25,550 bases of DNA from an uncultured bacterium (GTDB lineage Bacteria > Margulisbacteria > WOR-1 > CAVSGV01): the NCBI GenBank assembly GCA_963768305.1, contig CAVYHE010000012.1:1-25550 (forward strand), read 5' to 3'. The notes beneath the pieces are model-generated. The model worked only from the letters and a program-made list of their open reading frames with translations, was not told where the DNA came from and did no database searches. This document shows positions 18,701 through 25,550 of the stretch, one piece after another. The position numbers were made by a program, and so were the translations under genes. The stretch's first letter is position 1, and every line of letters begins with the position of its first letter.

Positions 18701-21700
18701 TTATGGACCCTGCCGGATCCTATTTTTAACCAGCTCGAACCATTTTTCCTGGGGCATCCCTGATGTCTTGATGATGAGCGGCTTCTTAAGCTCGAACTTT
18801 ATCTCCACCTGTTCCGAGCCGCCAGCGATGCTCGTTATATTCCTGTTCCCGGCCTCTATCTTAAGCTCTATGATCTTGAACAACGCTTCAAGCTCGCGAG
18901 GGACGCGGCCGAACCTGTCGCCGACCTCTTTTTTCATATCTTCAAGCTCGCTTTTGCTGTTCAGGAAATTCATCCTTTTATACAAGGCTATCCTTTGCCT
19001 GTCGTCTTCCACGTAGTCTTTTGGTATGAAAGCGTCCATCTTAAGGTCAATGAAGACCTTTTTGGCAGGAGGGACAGAGATGTGTTTTATCTCCCTTACG
19101 GATTCCTCCAGCAGTTCGCAGTACATGTCAAAACCTATGTTCAGCACGTGCCCGCTCTGCTCCGCGCCAAGAACATTGCCGGAGCCGCGTATCTCCAGGT
19201 CTGCCATGGCAAGCTTGTAGCCGCTCCCGAGAGCGGTGAATTCCTGTATCGCCCTCAGCCTTTCCAGCGCTTTGCCTGTAAGCACTTTTTCCTTACGATA
19301 AAGGAGATAAGCAAAAGCCCTTGTCGATGACCTGCCTACGCGTCCTCTTATCTGGTAAAGCTGGGAAAGGCCGAAATCGGAGGCATTGTCTATTATTACC
19401 GTGTTGACGGACGGGATATCCAGTCCTGATTCGATTATGCTGGTGGAGATCAGCACGTCGAATTCTTTGTTGATGAATTTGATCATGATATCTTCAAGAA
19501 GGGAGCTTTTCATCTGGCCGTGAGCGACGGCGAGCCTGGCCTCCGGCACGACCCGTTTTATCAAGGACGCCGAGTTGTCGATGTCTTTCACTAAATTGTG
19601 GACAAAGAACACCTGCCCGCCTCTTTCCAATTCCCTTCTCATGGCCTCTTTTATGATGTTCTCATCAAATTCCCGGAGATATGTCCTTACAGGCGAGCGG
19701 TCCAGCGGAGGGGTGGCGATGATGCTCATCTCCCTTACGCCGGAAAGCGCCATGTAAAGCGTCCTCGGAATCGGGGTTGCCGTAAGGGTTATCACGTTCA
19801 CTTTATTGGCGATCTGTTTTATCTTCTCCTTGTGCGAGACGCCGAATTTCTGCTCTTCATCTATTATAAGGAGCCCCAGGTCATGAAATTTGATGTCTTT
19901 TTGTAACAGCCTGTGCGTGCCTATGACGATGTCCACTCCTCCCGTTTCCAGGGACTTTATCGTTTGTTGTTGTTCCTCCCTGCTCCTGTATCTTGAAAGC
20001 ATGTCGACAGTGAAAGGGTAGGGCTTGAGCCTTTCAGTAAAGACGTGGAAATGCTGGTCGGCCAGGACGGTCGTAGGGGTCAGCATTGCCACTTGATGGC
20101 CGGCTAATACGGTCTTAAAAGCCGCACGCAGGGCCACTTCTGTTTTCCCGTACCCCACATCTCCGCATACCAGCCGGTCTATGAGCTTTCCGCTTTCCAT
20201 CTCATTCTTGATGTCCGTTATTGCAGCTTTTTGGTCGGGGGTTTCTTCATAAGGGAACGACTTTTCAAATTCCGTTTCCAGTGCCGAATCGTGAGGATAT
20301 CTGAATCCTTCCAGATTGTGCCTTGAGACATAAAGGTCCATAAGCTCCTGGGTCATGTCCTTGATGGATCTTTTGACTTTGGCTTTTTGCTTGGCCCACT
20401 CCGTTCCTCCCAGCCGGCTTATTTTCGGCTGGAGCCCGCTTTCGCCCGCATATTTTTCCACAAGCCCCATTTGATGAAGAGGGACATAAAGCCGGTCTTC
20501 ATGAGCGTAATCTATCTGGATATACTCCTGGAGCGCGCCGCCTATTTCCAATTTTTTAAGTCCCCTGTATATGCCTATCCCGTAATTGGAATGCACCACG
20601 TAATCGCCTATGACCAGTTCCGCAAGGAGTTTTTCGGATACTCCTTCCATGGGTTTTGGAACGGAACTCACTTTTGATGGGATATCGCCGAATATCTCCT
20701 TATCCGTAAGCAGGGTGATGCCGCTGCCGGAAAAGCCTTTTTCCAGTTCCCCGTAGATGAGGAATGCGCCTTTTTTGAGTTCCACCGGGAACCCGTCAAC
20801 TCTTTGAACAGTAAGCTCTTTTTCAATGAAAAATTCATTGAGGCGGTCCGCTTTTCTGCTGATCAAAAAAATGGGGTTCTTATCCATATTGTCTTTCATA
20901 TTTTCAGCCATAAGTTCAAGCTTCCCCATAAAATCATGAGCAAGAGAGAAATTAAATGATATTTCCCCTGCGCTGTCCCGGCGTTCGACAATCTGATGCG
21001 CTTCTATGGAATGCTCAAGTTCAACAGTATCGATATAATACTTGCCTTTTGAATCTCCCCTCAGCTCTTCTATTTCGCTAATAAGCTTTTCCTGCGCCAA
21101 CTTCAGTGTCTCCGGTGAATCCAGAATGATAATCGCGTCTTTTTCAAGGTATTGGAACAGGCCGCTGAAATTCAGGATATATTTCGGGTATCTTTATCTC
21201 GATCCCGTCCTTGTATCCTTCCGGGTCATCCAGGATCATTTCGTGCATTGGGAAGATCTTGATGTTTTGTAAGGCTGATATCGAACGCTGGCTCGCCGAT
21301 TCGAACGACCGGATCGATTCTATCGTATCTACTTTGAGCTCTATTCTGGCGGGATGTTCCAGATTTGACGCGAAGATATCGATGATCCCGCCCCTTACCG
21401 AGAATTCGCCTCTTTCTCCGACGATGTCCCTTCTTTTGAAGCCGATTTTCACAAGCTGTTTGCTCAGTTGCTCAAGATCGATAGTATCGGAAACGCTCAA
21501 AGAAATGGCGTTTTCCTTGAAGACCTTTTTAGGCGGCACTCTGGTTATTGCCGATCTGATGGATGTTGTAAGGATTATTTTTTCCCCGCTCAAAAGGCGG
21601 TCGAGTATTTTCTGCCGTTCACCGGTTATTTCATTACTTGGGGAGATATCTTCGGTGGGGTAGGTGTCCCAAGAGGGGAAATACAGGGTATGATCGCCGT

Positions 21701-21905
21701 CCGAGAACGCTTTTATGTCGCCGGACAGCCTCTCGGCGTCCTGGGATATGATAAATATAGTGCGGCCTGTCTTCAGAAAAAGGGCAGAATAAAATGCCGC
21801 AGCTGAACTTCCGTAAAGGCCTTCGACCGAGCTTTTCTTCCTGCCCAGGATGCCGACGGTCCGTGGGTCGTTCTGAAATATTTTGGTGAATTCGAGAAGG
21901 TCCAC
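18701..21905 (-). CDS. mfd: Transcription-repair coupling factor, frameshifted at ~21169
   Basis: UvrB-homology module (GEFSVRGGIIDIF, IESIRSF), RID (GDYVVHSNYGIG), helicase motifs CGDVGYGKT, IIDEEQKFG, TATPIPRT, QIRGRVGR and TRG DLEIRGSGN. The 21144-21905 and 18701-21100 frames join as ...YPEFSGLFQYLEKDAIII... after removing one base. Confidence 0.95.
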
Positions 21906-22474
21906 TATATTTTATTGTACTTGTTCATGGCCGCTTCCGGACCGCTGTTGATGATGATGGGAACGGCTTCCGAGGCGGCTAGAATGGCCTGATCCAGGAT
22001 CTCGGATTCTTTGGCCGGTATGTTCGCCAGCACATAATCCGACGCGTCTTCTTCAATGTTCCTGGACGGCGACCCGATCCCGATCCTGATCCTCAGAAAT
22101 TCGGTCGTCCCGATCCTGTTTATTATCGACTCAACGCCTTTGTGCCCGCCGGAATTGCCCTTCGACCTTATCCTTAATTGTCCCACTTCAATGTCAAGAT
22201 CATCAAATATCACGATCAGATGCCCGATGTCTATCTTGTACCATTTTGCCAGCTCCTGCACGCTGTCCCCGCTCAGGTTCATGAAAGTCTGCGGCTTTAC
22301 GAGGAATATCTTGTGCCCATCCAATGTTCCCTGGCCGATAAGCGCCTGGCTCTGGCTTTTTGAAACAGGGATGTTCAGGTCCTTTGAAAGCCGGTCTATT
22401 ACCCTGAAACCGATATTATGGCGGGTTAATTCGTATTGTTTCCCGGGATTGCCCAGTCCTACGACAAGGAACAT
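21905..22474 (-). CDS. pth: Peptidyl-tRNA hydrolase
   Basis: VGLGNPGKQYELTRHNIGF, KPQTFMNLSG, DDLD, GGHKG, RIRIGIG; its stop overlaps the mfd GTG start. Confidence 0.97.
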   Translation of the reverse strand: MFLVVGLGNPGKQYELTRHNIGFRVIDRLSKDLNIPVSKSQSQALIGQGTLDGHKIFLVKPQTFMNLSGDSVQELAKWYKIDIGHLIVIFDDLDIEVGQLRIRSKGNSGGHKGVESIINRIGTTEFLRIRIGIGSPSRNIEEDASDYVLANIPAKESEILDQAILAASEAVPIIINSGPEAAMNKYNKI

Positions 22475-22535
22475 CGACTCACCTCGGGAACATTTTAAGG
22501 CTTTGAGGTGTAAGTGTCAATTATGGGGCGCAGGC

Positions 22536-24046
22536 TTATTTCATGTAGATATTCGTGTTAAAGGTACAATTCAGGCCGAAGCTGAAGTCGTTCTCTGTTC
22601 TGGCGCTCTCGTCAACATCGGGCGAAGACAGTTTGAAGATCTTGCCCGTCACGTAAGCGCTCATGTCGGGGCTGGGCGAATATTTCAAAGTAGCATCGGT
22701 ATACGAGGAGATCGATGCTGCGTCATCGGCGTCAGTCGCGTATTTATCGGGAATGTCTTTCCTGTAATTATACGAACTTGCCAGTGAGAAAGGCGTGCCA
22801 GGTATCTGGCTTTCAAAAAGGTCCATTCTCATTGAGATCGCCGTGGGGTTTATCGTAATATCGGTGATTTTGAAGAATTTTCGGTATTCTCCACCTCATA
22901 GTTCAGATGGATGAGATCGAAAAGCGATATGTTTATTCCGGCGATATTCTTTTTCTCGGAATATGATTCTTCGGAAGTATTAAAGCTCTGGAACCAGCTT
23001 GGCTGTTCCCTGAAATAGACTGAATTTCTGGTCAAGAGCCAGAATTGCTGGGTTATGTACATCATTTCGCCTTCGGTAATGCCGCCCCTGTCATATGCGC
23101 GGTCGTCATTTCTCCATCCCGAATATCCTATACTTGTCCCTGTGTCAAGATTCAACGTCATGTCCCCGCTGGTATCGGTGTTCATGGCTTCAGATGTTCC
23201 GTTCAATCTGTCAATATAGGCGTTGTTTTGAAGGTTGATCGAAAAATACCTTGAAGGGTTGAATCCGAGCGTCGTGTATGTGCCTTTTATGCCCTGATAG
23301 TTTATATAATCGACCGGGACAATGTAAGTCGGATCAATGTTCCTGTAAACAGTACCCATTGTAAGCAGTCCGTCGCTGTATTTGACCGATTCGGTGACGG
23401 CTTTGGCGTCATTTGTTGCCGAGCCGCTTTCCGCGGCAAATTTCAGGTTTCCAAGATCGTATTCGCCGCCGTAAGATGTGACATCTGCGCCTTCCGGGTT
23501 CGTCAAATATGTTGCAGAAAGGCCCAATCCCGCGCCGGGATAGAATACGCCCCTTACTCCGGTGAAATAATCTTTCGGCCTTGTATCTCTAAGGACCGTG
23601 GCGCCCCAGGATCCGTTCCCTCTTGCGCCGCTGACCACCGTAAGATTTAAATTGCTTGAAGGCTTAAGCGTAACAGCGGCACCCTGGTATGCAACGTTAT
23701 TTAATGTCAAGTCGGAGAAGTTCATGACATTGTCGCCCAGATCCAATGAATAAGTATCGCTGTCAAGTTTGATCTTTGCGTAGGTAAGTTCTGATACATT
23801 GTTGCTTTCCTCCACCCGCAGTTGAGAAGATAATTTTCCCTGAGGAAGGTCACCGGAAAGCGAGAGCACATGATACTGGTATTCATACGTCCATATATTC
23901 TGATCGAAATCCGACTTTGATTGTCCGGATCCCGTTCCGCCGCTGTAGGAAAGGCTTAATGGAGCGGTCCCTTCCGCGAACGAGGATGCCGCCATCATCG
24001 GAAATATCAGGATCAATATTAATATTAAGAATATTGTTTTACGCAT
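22536..24046 (-). CDS. Exported beta-rich protein, putative outer-membrane barrel; frame break at ~22880
   Basis: Signal peptide and many amphipathic Tyr/Phe-rich strands. The 22850-24046 ORF continues into 22536-22832 (...FFKITDITINPTAISMRMDLF...) after a frame change. Confidence 0.6.
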
Positions 24047-24060
24047 AATTCCCCTCTATC

Positions 24061-24091
24061 TATATTATCGTAACAACGGGAGCTTTTCTTG
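24061..24091 (-). promoter_or_regulatory. Putative sigma28-like promoter
   Basis: Minus-strand CAAG-aaaagctcccgttgtt-ACGATAATATA immediately before SD GAGGGG and ATG 24046. Confidence 0.5.
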
Positions 24092-24216
24092 TGCGTATTT
24101 CCCATATATTACAATAAAAATTAGCCTTTATAATGGCAAAAATCAACTCCTTATTCCTCCTATATATATATATCGTGAAAAAGAGGTCAAAATTTCACAC
24201 AAAAGGCGAATTCTCG

Positions 24217-25026
24217 TTATTTTGAAACTTTTTTGAGTGAGAATTCGGTTTGAGATCTGAGGGTTTTATCATCGAAATTCAGCTCGATCTGTGCTTTGTA
24301 ACTTCCTTCCTTAAGAAGCGGCTTGCTGATAGTGATGGAGCTTGTTTTTGAATCGCCGGGAAGGGTGTTAATGTTGGCAGGCTGATATTCAATGACGGTA
24401 TTGTCATTGCTCGTTATTTTAATGGTCGGCTTTGCGGATAAATAGGTGTTTCCGGTATTGTTAAAAGAAAGCGAAAGATCGAGTGGGGAGCCTTCTTCCG
24501 AGGTAAGGGCAGAAAAAGCTTTTATCTCTCCGGATCTCTTTATGTCGCCTTCGGTGTCCAGGTAGACGATGGTCCCTATCCTTCCCGCGACAGAGATCCC
24601 CTCCGTGTTGGTCGTGGTCGATTCAAAGAATATGACCGAAACATGCCCGCCTGAGGTCTTCTCGGGGGATGAGATCGTGTATTTTACATTCCTGACCTCT
24701 TTAGGCGCCAGGTCGAAATTTTCGGGGTCGAGCTTAATCCACGAAGAGCAGGAATAGACGGATGATCCCGGTTTCATGAAAGACTTGCTCCCGTCCTCTG
24801 CGTAAACCCAATCTTCCGTGTAGGCCTTTATCCCTATCTTGTTCCCGCCAAGGTTCTGGATGGCGATCTCGCCGTCGGCAGATGATCCTGGCTTCAGAGT
24901 TAGTTTGATATTAGAAGGATCGATGTTGATCGAAAGAGCATAAGCAGGAATGAGAAAAGCCGTCAGGGCCATCAAGATCATAATAGCGAATAGGGCAACA
25001 GGTTTAGTAAGGCTTAAATTTCGCAT
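24217..25026 (-). CDS. Secreted Ig-fold protein resembling pilus chaperone (PapD-like) / DUF916 WxL-interacting proteins
   Basis: Signal peptide; IDPSNIKLTLKPG...IQN, SWIKLDPENFDLAPKE...YTI, FNNTGNT pattern typical of these two-domain beta-sandwich proteins. Confidence 0.55.
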   Translation of the reverse strand: MRNLSLTKPVALFAIMILMALTAFLIPAYALSINIDPSNIKLTLKPGSSADGEIAIQNLGGNKIGIKAYTEDWVYAEDGSKSFMKPGSSVYSCSSWIKLDPENFDLAPKEVRNVKYTISSPEKTSGGHVSVIFFESTTTNTEGISVAGRIGTIVYLDTEGDIKRSGEIKAFSALTSEEGSPLDLSLSFNNTGNTYLSAKPTIKITSNDNTVIEYQPANINTLPGDSKTSSITISKPLLKEGSYKAQIELNFDDKTLRSQTEFSLKKVSK

Positions 25027-25029
25027 AAT

Positions 25030-25550
25030 TTACTCCGTCATTGTGAACATTACTATGGTCGTGTAATTTCCCGGTTTTGTGTCTTCGGGCACATGGAGCC
25101 TGAATTTGAACTTGTTCGCGATCTTGCTCGCATTGGCAGATTCGGTCGGCGTGCTTACATAAGCCGCATTATTATCGGCGAAGGTTTTTTCCTGGGCTCC
25201 GTTCCATGCTCCGGCCCCTTCACTAGAGCCGTACCAGGTGAAATTCTCGTTGGGGATCGAATTGCTTCCGGACGTGAGCGGTTTTACCGCCGCCACTTTA
25301 AGATACCACGGGTTGCCGCCGCTGGACGTGCCTGTCACGGTGATCCCGTCCGCCCTGGTCATTTCTCCGGTTTGTTTGGCCGCCAGGCGGGCAAAATCAA
25401 AAGAATCGGAATTCACGGAAAGGTTAAAAGCGCCGTTCACGGTGACAGTCGCGGTGATGGTATTGGTCGTCTGGAGAGCATAAGAAAAGTCAAAAGTTAA
25501 AAGTAAAAAGGCAAAAATACAAGGCAAAAGTAAAAAGGATTTGATCTTCA
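25030..25550 (-). CDS. Secreted WxL-like / fimbrial subunit-like protein; start probably at 25551, just outside the window
   Basis: The frame is open to the window end (xTG AAG ATC AAA...). Signal peptide, NPWYLKV motif and C-terminal LHVPEDTKPGNYTTIVMFTMTE. Confidence 0.6.
   Translation of the reverse strand, partial: KIKSFLLLPCIFAFLLLTFDFSYALQTTNTITATVTVNGAFNLSVNSDSFDFARLAAKQTGEMTRADGITVTGTSSGGNPWYLKVAAVKPLTSGSNSIPNENFTWYGSSEGAGAWNGAQEKTFADNNAAYVSTPTESANASKIANKFKFRLHVPEDTKPGNYTTIVMFTMTE
25485..25539 (+). repeat. Degenerate 7-bp tandem repeat (AAAAG(T/G)N)n within the signal-peptide coding region
   Basis: aaaagtc aaaagtt aaaagta aaaaggc aaaaat acaaggc aaaagta aaaagga. Confidence 0.6.

Overview
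Bacterial (probably diderm) genomic window. Positions 1-16.5 kb hold a dense, co-oriented nitrogen-assimilation island. In order: the 3' end of a NifA/NtrC-type sigma54 activator, a putative outer-membrane beta-barrel, an APC-family permease fused in frame to a C-terminal PII domain, a free PII, a small membrane protein, two tandem amtB-glnK units, a GSI-beta glnA, a stand-alone Fis/NtrC-type HTH protein, a GSI-alpha glnA and gltBD. Four GG-N10-GC sigma54 promoters can be read directly, and each is preceded by a pair of TACA-N4-TGTA palindromes, a candidate activator site. The second glnA-gltBD unit has a sigma70-type promoter instead. The rest of the window holds two orphan ORFs, a minus-strand pth-mfd-surA/prsA block and a WxL/chaperone/beta-barrel-like surface cluster. 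A CAAG-N16-ACGATAATATA sigma28-like motif is shared between the orphans and the surface cluster. Five frameshifts (gltB x2, surA, mfd, barrel gene) are probably sequencing errors, and four of them lie at RAATTY sites.
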